Part shown: positions 9,827-19,458 of the stretch, one piece after another
How positions within the stretch are numbered: the first letter of the stretch is position 1
Layout: each line of letters opens with the position of its first letter
NCBI GenBank assembly: GCA_034430775.1
Contig: DAOUDU010000081.1
Coordinates: 19,063 to 83,062 of the forward strand
Reading direction: 5' to 3'
Length of the DNA: 64,000 nucleotides
Origin: Anaerolineales bacterium
GTDB taxonomy: Bacteria; Chloroflexota; Anaerolineae; Anaerolineales; RBG-16-64-43
Program-made: the position numbers and the translations under genes
The notes under the pieces: model-generated
Database searches by the model: none
Told to the model about the DNA's origin: nothing
The model's input: only the letters and a program-made list of their open reading frames with translations

Positions 9827-11287
9827 CTACATTGCTTCCTGTGCGACTTTCTCGCCAAAGGATAGCAGCGCTTTAACCATATTCTCATCGCGGCCTTCGG
9901 CATACACGCGCAGGACCGGCTCGGTCCCCGAAGGGCGGATCAACAGCCAGGATTCATCCTCCAGAAGGTATTTCACCCCATCCAGAGTCTGTACTTTGCT
10001 CACTTTAACGCCGCCCAGAGCAGCGGGCGGATTCTCGACCAGCTTTTTGGTGATATCCGCTTTCAACACCGGATGCACCAGACGCAGATCCCGGCGTTTA
10101 TATAATGCCGGACCCGCCTCGCGCAGAAGATCCCCGACCAGGGTGTCCAGCGGCTCCCGATACACCGCCACCATCTCAATTAAAAGCAATCCGAACAGCA
10201 CGCCGTCGCCTTCAGGGATGTGTCCGCGGAAGCTCATCCCGCCGGATTCTTCGCCTCCGATCAGGACATCGTCATTAAGCATGATATCGGCGATGTAGTT
10301 GAACCCGACCGGTGTCTCGAGAACTTCCAATCCGTATTTCGCGGCCAGGCGGTTGATCATCTGCGTGGTGGAGACAGTCTTGACCACCTTCCCGCGCCAG
10401 CCGCGTTTTTCCACAAGGTATCGCAGCGCCAGGGCCATGATCCGGTGCGGATCGACGAACTGGCCGCGCCCATCCATTGCCCCGGACCGGTCGCCGTCGC
10501 CGTCGGTTGCCACACCCAGTTCACCGTGACCGGCGGCTATCGCGCCCGCCAGCGCCCCCAGATTGCAGGCAATCGGTTCAGGGTGCACGCCGCCGAAACC
10601 GGGGTTCATTTCTCCGCGCACCTCGAATACTTCGCAGCCCGTCCCCTGCAGGATCGTTTTTATTTGCCCGCGCCCGGAGCCGTACATCGAATCCACAACG
10701 ACGCGCGGTGGTGCAGCCGCGATGGCATCGAAATTGATCAACTTACGAAGGTGTTCATGATAGGCCGGGATGGGATTGAAGCGCCGGATCTTCTTGGATT
10801 CGACGGCTTGATCGAAATCCAAAAGATTCGGTCCGCGTCCGCGGGATTCGTTGTCTGACAGGTAGATCTCCACCCGCCGACATTGTTCGGGAAGCGCCGA
10901 TCCCCCGTAGGAGGATTTCAATTTGATCCCGTTGTAACGCGGCGCGTTATGCGAGGCGGTGATCATTACACCGCCCATGGCCTTTAAATGGTGGACCATG
11001 TAGGAAATCGCCGGCGTCGGCGCATCGGCCTGGGCCAGGTGCACAGTGTATCCGTTCGCCGCCAGCACCCGCGCCACTTCCACCGCGTAACGATCGGAAA
11101 GGAACCGGGTATCGAAACCAACCACCATTTCCTTCTTGGCCGAACTGTCCGAGTGGGCGGGAAGCCGCTTCCAATCCGGAGAGGCAGCCGCATCGGCAAT
11201 GGCTTGAGCCACCAGGCGCAGGTTGGTAAAGGTGAATGTATCCGAGATGACTGCCCGCCAACCATCGGTTCCAAAATGGACGGTCAT
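9827..11287 (-). CDS. Phosphoglucomutase/phosphomannomutase family protein
   Basis: FGTDGWR, ITASHNA phosphoserine loop, DGDGDR metal loop, GGEESGG, RPSGTEP. Confidence 0.93.
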   Translation of the reverse strand: MTVHFGTDGWRAVISDTFTFTNLRLVAQAIADAAASPDWKRLPAHSDSSAKKEMVVGFDTRFLSDRYAVEVARVLAANGYTVHLAQADAPTPAISYMVHHLKAMGGVMITASHNAPRYNGIKLKSSYGGSALPEQCRRVEIYLSDNESRGRGPNLLDFDQAVESKKIRRFNPIPAYHEHLRKLINFDAIAAAPPRVVVDSMYGSGRGQIKTILQGTGCEVFEVRGEMNPGFGGVHPEPIACNLGALAGAIAAGHGELGVATDGDGDRSGAMDGRGQFVDPHRIMALALRYLVEKRGWRGKVVKTVSTTQMINRLAAKYGLEVLETPVGFNYIADIMLNDDVLIGGEESGGMSFRGHIPEGDGVLFGLLLIEMVAVYREPLDTLVGDLLREAGPALYKRRDLRLVHPVLKADITKKLVENPPAALGGVKVSKVQTLDGVKYLLEDESWLLIRPSGTEPVLRVYAEGRDENMVKALLSFGEKVAQEAM

Positions 11288-11390
11288 AAATTGACGTCTC
11301 CTTTTTTTCGGCGTCCCGAAGCCATCACGGGCACAGCCGTTTTGTTTTTTCGGTGGCCTTCTACTCGTTGAAACCGGCCTGACCGGGGAC

Positions 11391-11909
11391 TTAAATCGCG
11401 GCGTTGAATTCCGGCCGCATTTTTACGGTGCCGCGTATACCTTGAATCGCCTGCGGCTGAAAGACCAATATCATGAAAGCCGCATCCGGCACTGAATCAT
11501 ATTCGCACCGGATGCCATACTTCGAGGCTCTCTCGAATCCGAACCTTGAATAATATCCGGGATGTCCCACCACGACAAGGAATGGAACGCCCGCCGTGCG
11601 CAATTCCGCCAACCCCGCTTCGACCAATGCGGACCCAATCCCCTTCCTCTGGCATTCCGGATCAACCGCGAGCGGTGCCAGCCCCATCCCGGCGACCGTA
11701 TTTTGCTCGCTTGCGATCCATGCCGGGGTGAAGAGGATATGCCCGGTAATTTTTCCCCCATCTTCTGCAACCAGCGAAGTTCGCTCCGGACAGTTAATTC
11801 GGAGCAGGTCGATGACCTTCGACTCCGTATCACGACCGAAGGCGCGAAAATTCGCTTCAAAGACGCCTTTTTCATCACCCGGACGCTCTTGGCGAATTTG
11901 GATCGGCAT
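11391..11909 (-). CDS. GNAT N-acetyltransferase (YhbS-like)
   Basis: GHILFT, LAPLAV.P..QRKGIGSALV, VVGHPGYYSRFGF. Confidence 0.85.
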   Translation of the reverse strand: MPIQIRQERPGDEKGVFEANFRAFGRDTESKVIDLLRINCPERTSLVAEDGGKITGHILFTPAWIASEQNTVAGMGLAPLAVDPECQRKGIGSALVEAGLAELRTAGVPFLVVVGHPGYYSRFGFERASKYGIRCEYDSVPDAAFMILVFQPQAIQGIRGTVKMRPEFNAAI

Positions 11910-12010
11910 TTAATATTACTCGATGACCGGTGGGATTCGCCGCGAAAATGCAATCATCAGGCGTAACAGAACATTATACCTAAAAAGAAACACAGCCGGC
12001 TGGTGAATGA

Positions 12011-13297
12011 TCAGGGATGGATTGCTTTGGCGGCTTCCTGAGCCGAATCCGCCGGGAGAATGCCGTCCAGCAGGACCCGCCGCGCGGCTTTGGAGAAAAC
12101 CGGACCGGCGAAGACCAGAATTTCATCGTCGGGGAATGGCAGGGCTTTTTCCGAAATGGCGGATACGAGATCCCGCCGGAAACCCGAAGGCCATTGTTCC
12201 AGTGCCGAACGGGCAGGCGGCATAACCCCCTGTGCCTCCGACCATTGGGAGAGGAACACCGGATCCGACAACCAGGTCATAAGCTCCGCCGCGATGATTT
12301 GCCGGGCAGGGTCGGACGTGGCCACCGTCCAGGACCAGCCGGTGGATAGCGAAAAGGCCGCGCCCTCCGGCGTAGGCAAATAGCCGATGAAGTAATCACT
12401 GGCTTTCGATGCAATGGAATACAGGGTGATGCTGCAATCGCCGACGCTCTCGATCGCCAGGAATGAACTTTCGAATGAATCGATTTGGAGGCTGCGCGGT
12501 TTGAGGACTTCGCCCTCCTGCATCGCTTGCAGCCAAGCCAGCACTTCGGTAAGCGACTCCGGCTCGATTTGGGCATCCGCGATGGATACCAGCGGTGTGC
12601 CTCCGGCGGCGTAATATGCGAAGAACAGAAACAGGGCATGTGAATCCGCAAGGGGCGCGAACATCGGGCTGGTCCATTCGCTGGTTGCGGCCCAGCGTTG
12701 TGGCGCGGAGTACGGCATGAGCGTCCCGGCCAGGACGATGGCATCCCCCGCGAAAGGAAGGCCAAATTGCCGGCCATCAAAGGTGACCATGGATTTGGCG
12801 TAGGGGAAGTAGGAATCCCACGCGTCCAATGGAAGCAGCTCATCGAGCGGCTGGATCAACTCCTTGATCGCGGCCGCGTGCAGGTTGGATGGATCGAGCG
12901 CGACCAAATCCGGCGTGGCGCCCGGAGCGGCGGCGGCCGCGGTGGCCAGTGAATCGCGCAAACCGCCGGCGCCGGTGGCGGCTTTAATCCGTACCACAAC
13001 GGTCATTCCGGGGTGAAGCGCCTCGTACGCATCGATCCGCTGGTTAAGCACTTCGCCGGCGGGGGAATTACTGTCCGAACGGAAGATTGGCGGAATCCAA
13101 ATGGTGAGGGTAGAGAGATCAGCGGTGGGAATTGGGGTCCTCGATTCCAACGGCAGCGAGGTCGCCGCCGTTGTGTCGGGGAGGATGGGGGTTGCCGTAG
13201 TCCCCGGGACGGATTGACATGCCGCCGTACCGGTCATGATCGCCGCGAGCAGAATCCAAGGGAAAATCTGTTTTGCCGTCGATCGTCTATCGCGCAT
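12011..13297 (-). CDS. Extracellular solute-binding lipoprotein (sugar ABC type), with no transporter genes beside it
   Basis: Lipobox-like TAAC after a hydrophobic segment, Thr/Pro linker, PDLVALD, FDGRQFGLPFAGD. Start set at the ATG at 13297. Confidence 0.7.
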   Translation of the reverse strand: MRDRRSTAKQIFPWILLAAIMTGTAACQSVPGTTATPILPDTTAATSLPLESRTPIPTADLSTLTIWIPPIFRSDSNSPAGEVLNQRIDAYEALHPGMTVVVRIKAATGAGGLRDSLATAAAAAPGATPDLVALDPSNLHAAAIKELIQPLDELLPLDAWDSYFPYAKSMVTFDGRQFGLPFAGDAIVLAGTLMPYSAPQRWAATSEWTSPMFAPLADSHALFLFFAYYAAGGTPLVSIADAQIEPESLTEVLAWLQAMQEGEVLKPRSLQIDSFESSFLAIESVGDCSITLYSIASKASDYFIGYLPTPEGAAFSLSTGWSWTVATSDPARQIIAAELMTWLSDPVFLSQWSEAQGVMPPARSALEQWPSGFRRDLVSAISEKALPFPDDEILVFAGPVFSKAARRVLLDGILPADSAQEAAKAIHP

Positions 13298-13673
13298 CTT
13301 CTCTCCCGAACGTAAGCCGGTCATTGGAACGCATAATATCACAAGCCCCTCTTCAAGCCAAAAAACCACAGGAATAGCGGCATAAACACAGTCATGCCAT
13401 GCGAGAGAAGGACCGTATCCGGAACCCGGGCGTCAATCTCCCCCTTGAGCATACACTCAAGGTCGGGCTGTCAGCAACTCTGTGCGATACTTGCGATTTC
13501 CTGTTTTTTTCCAAAACCGCCTGCCGGCAGGGAACGCCTGAACGGATATTTTGGTCCTTTCAACAGATCCCATATCATATTAAAATTTTTCAGCGACCGG
13601 CCCCGGACTCCGGGGCAAGACCGCCGCTAATCAGCGATCTCTATCGGTCGGGCACAGGTATGATCCAATTCCC

Positions 13674-14180
13674 ATGCGCTGGCTTATCGATTTGTCGGGA
13701 CAACAACCGCGCGCCCTCGAGTGGGCCCGTGAATTTTTCTCCGAGTACGATACCACCCTACTGGCCTGGATTCGGATCGACCGCGGCCGGGGCAAATACG
13801 CCGGGGCATATGGGCGATGCTGGTATCCAAACCGCCGGATCCCTTTCTACCGGATCAGCTGCCAAGTTCCCGGCCCTTTCCCCTGCGACCTCCCCACCCG
13901 GAAATCCCCCGTATATATCTCCGCAAATGGATCGCATCCGCCGTTTCCTCCCGGAACGCGGCCGGGGGACAGAGTGAAGGATTTGCGTACCGGGCGAGAG
14001 TGGATCCGAGTGTTGAGTTCCACCCGTTTGCGGACTTTGGATGACGCGATCGTCTGGGTGCTTTCGCACGAAGCGTTCCATTTCCTGCGCCGGACCCGTC
14101 AGATACCCGGCCGCAATAATGAAATTCAGGCGGATCAATTCGCGGACGATATGCTGAGGTTTTACTTGACCGGCACATAA
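13674..14180 (+). CDS. Small HExxH zinc-metallopeptidase-like protein
   Basis: VLSHEAFHFL followed by NNEIQADQFADDML. TATGAT lies 9 nt before the ATG. Confidence 0.65.
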   Translation: MRWLIDLSGQQPRALEWAREFFSEYDTTLLAWIRIDRGRGKYAGAYGRCWYPNRRIPFYRISCQVPGPFPCDLPTRKSPVYISANGSHPPFPPGTRPGDRVKDLRTGREWIRVLSSTRLRTLDDAIVWVLSHEAFHFLRRTRQIPGRNNEIQADQFADDMLRFYLTGT

Positions 14181-14288
14181 GGTAAGGATTGGAGGGATGC
14201 TTCGCGGTGTGCTATGATTCCCGGCGTCGGATGCTTTGCTTTGTATGCTGTCCGGAAATCGGCCGGACAGCCTCGATGGAGGTTGTGT

Positions 14289-15578
14289 ATGTCCTCTATG
14301 GATGATGTCCTTGCGGTAATCCTCGGCGGCGGCCGCGGCAGCCGTTTGTTTCCCCTCACCCGCATGCGCTCCAAACCGGCCGTTCCCTTCGCCGGAAAAT
14401 ACCGTCTGATCGATATTCCCATCAGCAACTGCATCAACTCGGGGATCTACCGCGTCGCGATCCTCACTCAGTACAACTCCGTTTCCCTCCACCGCCACAT
14501 CGCCAACACCTATCACTTCGACGTCTTTCATACCGGTTGGGTGCAGGTCCTGGCCGCCGAGCAGACGCCCCTGCACGAAGATTGGTATCAGGGAACTGCA
14601 GACGCCGTACGCAAACAGCTCGGGCAGATCCGCTCCACACGCGCGTCGCTGGTCATGATCCTGGCCGGCGACCACCTTTACCGAATGGATTACACCGCGA
14701 TGGTGGAATTCCACTTGGAAACGGACGCCGACATCACCATTGCGGTGCATCCGGTTTCCACGGAAGATGCCTCGCGGTTTGGGATTCTCAAGCGCGATAC
14801 CAACCTCCGCATCCACTACTTTGCGGAGAAGCCCAAAGATCCCGGCGTACTGGCGGAAATGGTCAGCCGTAATGATCCCGCACGCCCATACCTCGGTTCG
14901 ATGGGTGTCTATCTTTTTAAAACTCCGGTCCTCCTCGATATCCTGGAGCACTCGCGTGAAAGCGACTTTGGAAGCGAGATCATTCCGCAGGCGATCTGCT
15001 CCCATAGGGTATTCGGGTTCGATTTCGACGGCTATTGGGAGGATATCGGAACCATCCGCACGTTCTACGAGACCAACCTGATCCTTACCAGACCGGCCGC
15101 GCCTTTTAATTTTTTTGATCCCCGCCGCCCGATCTACACCCATCCACGCTTCCTGCCGGGATCCATCCTTCATAACAGCGACCTGGAGGATGTTCTCCTG
15201 GCCGAGGGTTGCCGGATCAACCGGGCCCGGATCCGCAACTCGGTCGTCGGTCTGCGCAGCCAGATCGCGGAGGGGGTGGACATCCAGAACAGCGTCATCC
15301 TCGGCGCGGATTATTATGAGGCCCCCGGCATGGAGACGCCGCGTGGTATGTCATTGGGGATTGGACCGGATTGCACGATTGCCGGCGCCATTATCGATAA
15401 AAACACGCGTATCGGAGCCGGGGTGGCGATCCAGGAATTCCCGCCCGGGGCGCATCTGGATGGGGAAGGCGGCAACTGGTATGTCCGCGATGGCGTTGTT
15501 ATCATCCCCAAGGATGCCATCATCCAGCCGCACACGACGATCGGCCCGAACCAACAGCTGTCCTTCATTCCGGGATGA
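14289..15578 (+). CDS. glgC: Glucose-1-phosphate adenylyltransferase
   Basis: ILGGGRGSRLFPLT..RSKPAVPFAGKYRLIDIP, WYQGTADAVR, SMGVYLF, YWEDIGTI, VRDGVVII. Confidence 0.95.
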   Translation: MSSMDDVLAVILGGGRGSRLFPLTRMRSKPAVPFAGKYRLIDIPISNCINSGIYRVAILTQYNSVSLHRHIANTYHFDVFHTGWVQVLAAEQTPLHEDWYQGTADAVRKQLGQIRSTRASLVMILAGDHLYRMDYTAMVEFHLETDADITIAVHPVSTEDASRFGILKRDTNLRIHYFAEKPKDPGVLAEMVSRNDPARPYLGSMGVYLFKTPVLLDILEHSRESDFGSEIIPQAICSHRVFGFDFDGYWEDIGTIRTFYETNLILTRPAAPFNFFDPRRPIYTHPRFLPGSILHNSDLEDVLLAEGCRINRARIRNSVVGLRSQIAEGVDIQNSVILGADYYEAPGMETPRGMSLGIGPDCTIAGAIIDKNTRIGAGVAIQEFPPGAHLDGEGGNWYVRDGVVIIPKDAIIQPHTTIGPNQQLSFIPG

Positions 15579-15745
15579 TTTTTTCCGCCGCATCCGGTGC
15601 ATAACGGCTGCGGGCGCGATCAATGATCGCGCCCGCAGTCCCTTGGACGATGGAAATTAATAGTCGCGACCACCTAGCGTGGGAATGTTTACAGTTATTC
15701 AGATCAAGGCGTGATCAACGATTGAGCCTTCAAGCACTTCCCGTC

Positions 15746-16981
15746 TTATTCGTAGCGTAATGCTTCGACCGGTTCCAATCCCGCTGCGCGCGAAGCCGGA
15801 TAAATCCCGAAGAACAATCCAACCGCGGCGGAGAACAATGTCGCCAGGAGTACTGAATCGATACCCACAACAGGCGTGAAGGCATTGCCGGTTGCCGTGG
15901 CGATCTGCCCGACGAGGAAGGCAAGCCCCGCCCCCAGCGCAATCCCGATCAGCCCGCCGAACACGCTCAGGGTGGCCGATTCGGTAAGGAATTGGATCAG
16001 GATGTCCCGCCGGCGGGCGCCGAGCGCCTTGCGCAACCCGATCTCGCGGGTGCGTTCCGTAACCGATACCAGCATGATGTTCATAATCCCGATCCCGCCC
16101 ACCAGGAGCGAAATGGCGGCAATCCCGCCCAGGAAGATGGTCAGAACTCCCATGATCTGCGAGGTCAGGCTGAGAAAATCCTCCTGTGTCATGAGCGTAA
16201 AGTCGTCCTTGCCGACTTCGGTGTGATGGCGGACGCGCAGGATCTGCTTGATCTCCTCGGAGGCATCCGGCACGGCCGAGGCGGTGACGGCGGATGCGAC
16301 GATCATATCCACGCGGTTGGGGGCTTCCCCGCTGCGCTGCGCCAGCCGGCTGACGGCGGTGGTATAGGGAACGTAAAGAACGTCATCCGAATCCGAAAAA
16401 CCGCTGCCGCCCTTTGAAGCCTGGATTCCGATGATACGGAACGGCTGACCCTGGATGCGCACCGTTTCACCGATCAGCCCCTCCGACGTCCCGAATAATT
16501 TTTCGGCCGTAGTCACGCCCAGTATCGCCACCGAGGCTCGGCCGTTCATATGGACATCGGAGATGAACTCGCCATCCGCCATTTCCAGATTGCGGATCTC
16601 ATCGTAGCTTGGGGTAACCGCGGTCACAACCATCGTGACCGTCTCGCCGGAAGCGGACACCTTTATCCGCGAAAGCTGGTAAAGGACCGACGTCGCCAGG
16701 ATCGACGGCGCGTTAAGCGGGTCGCCAATTGCGCTGGCGTCTTCCAGGGTGAGCGGCCGTCGGATGGTGACCTCCTCGTTCGTCGAGCCGATGACGAAGA
16801 TAAGATTTGTCCCGATGGAACTGATGGAGCCGGAGATGGTCGCCGTGGCGCCCTGCCCGACCGACAGCATGGCGATCACCGCCCCCACACCGATGACAAT
16901 CCCCAGCATCGTCAAGCCGGATCGCAACTTGTTGGAGGTCAGACTTTCGAGCGCCTCAAGCAGGTTTTGCGTCAGAAACAT
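15746..16981 (-). CDS. MacB/FtsX-family ABC permease
   Basis: LRSGLTMLGIVIGV, GGIGIMNIMLVSVTERTREIGLRKALGA, P.EALRYE. Confidence 0.93.
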   Translation of the reverse strand: MFLTQNLLEALESLTSNKLRSGLTMLGIVIGVGAVIAMLSVGQGATATISGSISSIGTNLIFVIGSTNEEVTIRRPLTLEDASAIGDPLNAPSILATSVLYQLSRIKVSASGETVTMVVTAVTPSYDEIRNLEMADGEFISDVHMNGRASVAILGVTTAEKLFGTSEGLIGETVRIQGQPFRIIGIQASKGGSGFSDSDDVLYVPYTTAVSRLAQRSGEAPNRVDMIVASAVTASAVPDASEEIKQILRVRHHTEVGKDDFTLMTQEDFLSLTSQIMGVLTIFLGGIAAISLLVGGIGIMNIMLVSVTERTREIGLRKALGARRRDILIQFLTESATLSVFGGLIGIALGAGLAFLVGQIATATGNAFTPVVGIDSVLLATLFSAAVGLFFGIYPASRAAGLEPVEALRYE

Positions 16982-17657
16982 AATCCTCCTCGATGCAGCC
17001 GTCCTTGAGCCGGATCGTCCGGTGGGCGCGCGCGGCGACGCCGGGATCGTGGGTCACGATAATCAAGGTGACGCCGCTATCACGGTTGAGTTTGATCAGG
17101 AGATCGAGAATCTCGGCTCCCGACCGGCTGTCCAGATTTCCGGTCGGTTCATCCGCCAGAATGATCGCCGGTTTGTTGACCAGCGCCCTCGCAATGGCCA
17201 CCCGTTGCTGCTGCCCTCCGGAAAGCTCCATCGGCCGGTGCATCATGCGTTCTTCCAATCCGACCAACCGCAGCACTTCTTGCGCGCGCTCCCGCCGTCC
17301 GCGGTTCATCCCGGAATACCGCAGCGGCAATTCCACATTTGCCGTGGCCGTCGAACGGCCCAGCAGATTGAAGCTCTGGAATACAAAACCCACTTTCCGG
17401 TTGCGGATTTCCGCCAGCGAGTCGTCTTTTAATTCCGAGACCGTCTTCCCGTCCAGGTGGTAGGTGCCGGAGGTCGGCCGGTCCAGGCAGCCGATGATGT
17501 TCATCAGCGTGCTTTTTCCGGACCCCGAAGGCCCCATGATCGCCAGTACGTCGCTGCGCTGCACGCGCAGATCCACGCCGGCCAGGGCGTTCACATCCAC
17601 TTCGCCCATCCGGTAGGTTTTACGAATATCTTCCAGTTCGATGACCCAGTCGTTCAT
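16956..17657 (-). CDS. ABC ATP-binding protein (MacB/LolD type)
   Basis: GPSGSGKST, LSGGQQQRVAIARAL, ILADEPTGNLD, VTHD. Confidence 0.95.
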   Translation of the reverse strand: MNDWVIELEDIRKTYRMGEVDVNALAGVDLRVQRSDVLAIMGPSGSGKSTLMNIIGCLDRPTSGTYHLDGKTVSELKDDSLAEIRNRKVGFVFQSFNLLGRSTATANVELPLRYSGMNRGRRERAQEVLRLVGLEERMMHRPMELSGGQQQRVAIARALVNKPAIILADEPTGNLDSRSGAEILDLLIKLNRDSGVTLIIVTHDPGVAARAHRTIRLKDGCIEEDYVSDAKPA

Positions 17658-17668
17658 GGCGTGACCCT

Positions 17669-19105
17669 TTAACCTCCAAACATTCCGCCGCCGCCGAACG
17701 GTCCGCCGGACGATCCACCGGATCCACTAAAGAAAGTAGTAGGAGGATTAAGTACGATCACATCCCCTTCCTTCAGATCGCCCGAAACGACCTGGCTCAT
17801 CGTGTCGTTGCTGGCGCCGAGCATGATCTCGACCGGCTTCATCCCGCCGTTGATATACAGATAAACCACGCGTGATCCGTCAACAGTGCGTACGGCGCGG
17901 TTGGGCACCAGCAGGACATTTTCCAGATGTTCGACTTCGATCTCCACCGCCACCGTCATCCCGGGCAAGACTCTGTCATCCGGATTATTGACAACTACCG
18001 TAACCGGATAGGCGACCGATCCGGCATTGTTGGTTGCGCTTAATTTGATTTCCTGAACCGCCCCTTGAAAAACGGTGTCGAAAATCGCATCCAGCACCAA
18101 CTCGGCACGCTGGCCGACCACCAGACGGTTGTAATCCACCTCGGCGATGGGGACATCCACGTGCAATTCAGAAAGATCCGCGATCACCAGCGCCGTGGTC
18201 CCGGGATTGATGATGTCCCCCGGTCTCAGGTCAAGTGTCAGGATGGTTCCCGGGAAGGGCGCGGTAATCCGCACCTGGTCCAGGATCGCTTGGGCCGCAT
18301 CGACCCGCGCTTGGGCCGCTTTTAGGTCATTGTCGGGAACCCCGTCCTTCAAACGGTCGTAGGCGGTCTGCGCATCGGTGTAACTGGCCTTGGCGAGGTC
18401 CAGTTCCGCCGTGGCAATCTCCAGCGCCATCTCTGTGTCCTTATTGCCCCCCCCCGCTCCAACCCCCATATCAAAATATTCCTGCGCCGTCTCCAGCTCG
18501 CGCAGCGCAGCCAGGTATACCTGGTATCGCCTCGCCAATTCCTTTTGCGCGGCCCTGCTCCCGTCGTTGCTGTACCGGAAGACCATCCAATTCTGATACG
18601 CCTGCTCGGCGGCTTTCCGGGCCCGCTGTACCCAGCCCTCACTGTGATTTTCCACGGCTTCGGTATATTTGGTTTGCGCCGCATCGAGGGCTTTCTTCGC
18701 ATTAGCCAAATCCAATTCCGCCTGGGCCAGCGCCGTCTGGGAGTTCATCAGATTATCCAGGGTCTTCTGGGCATTGATCAAATCAATCTGGGCGGCGAGA
18801 ACCGCCTGCGGGTAAAAGGCCGGATCCAGCTCGATCAGCACCTGCCCGGCTTGCACGCGGTCTCCCATCCGGAAATTTACCTTCCCCACCCGACCGCTGA
18901 TTGAAAAGGAGATCGTCGCCTGTTGTTTGGCTTGGATAGAACCCGTGGCGCCGATCGACGCCGTTAATGTCCCGCGGGCAATCACCGCCGTCTGCAGGGA
19001 ACTCGCCTGCTGCCGGGTGTTCGCGTTTTGAATCAGAATCATACCAATCCCCACCGCTGCGGCCAGGATGACAAGGATCAGGATGGTTCGCCAATGCTTT
19101 TTCAT
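17669..19105 (-). CDS. Efflux periplasmic adaptor subunit (MacA/HlyD family)
   Basis: N-terminal TM, lipoyl-like SGRVGKVN...GDRVQAGQVL, long helical hairpin, ITAPFPGTIL, LLVPNRAV, Gly-rich end. SD GGAGG upstream. Confidence 0.88.
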   Translation of the reverse strand: MKKHWRTILILVILAAAVGIGMILIQNANTRQQASSLQTAVIARGTLTASIGATGSIQAKQQATISFSISGRVGKVNFRMGDRVQAGQVLIELDPAFYPQAVLAAQIDLINAQKTLDNLMNSQTALAQAELDLANAKKALDAAQTKYTEAVENHSEGWVQRARKAAEQAYQNWMVFRYSNDGSRAAQKELARRYQVYLAALRELETAQEYFDMGVGAGGGNKDTEMALEIATAELDLAKASYTDAQTAYDRLKDGVPDNDLKAAQARVDAAQAILDQVRITAPFPGTILTLDLRPGDIINPGTTALVIADLSELHVDVPIAEVDYNRLVVGQRAELVLDAIFDTVFQGAVQEIKLSATNNAGSVAYPVTVVVNNPDDRVLPGMTVAVEIEVEHLENVLLVPNRAVRTVDGSRVVYLYINGGMKPVEIMLGASNDTMSQVVSGDLKEGDVIVLNPPTTFFSGSGGSSGGPFGGGGMFGG

Positions 19106-19458
19106 ATATCCTCCATTTGATAAATCCGCACCAGGCCGAGCGTTTTTTCTTTACGAAAAGATGCGGCCGGATATTGCCAGCCGCATCCCTGCCCTTGACC
19201 CGTCTCTGAATGTAAACGCTTTCCGCATCCCCTTCCGTTGCATATAAACGCCGTTTGCGGTTCCAGTTACTTCCGGAGATATTTACTCTCCGCTGCCCGA
19301 CGGAAGAGGTATTTCACGTTTATTTATTCTATTCAGCGAATATGGATATTATATGTGGAAAAGATTAAAAATCGGATAAAATGACACTAAATTCAGGGGC
19401 GACTCCGGGATGATTACGGGATGATTCCGGGTCGATATACAAGCTTTGGAGATATCTG

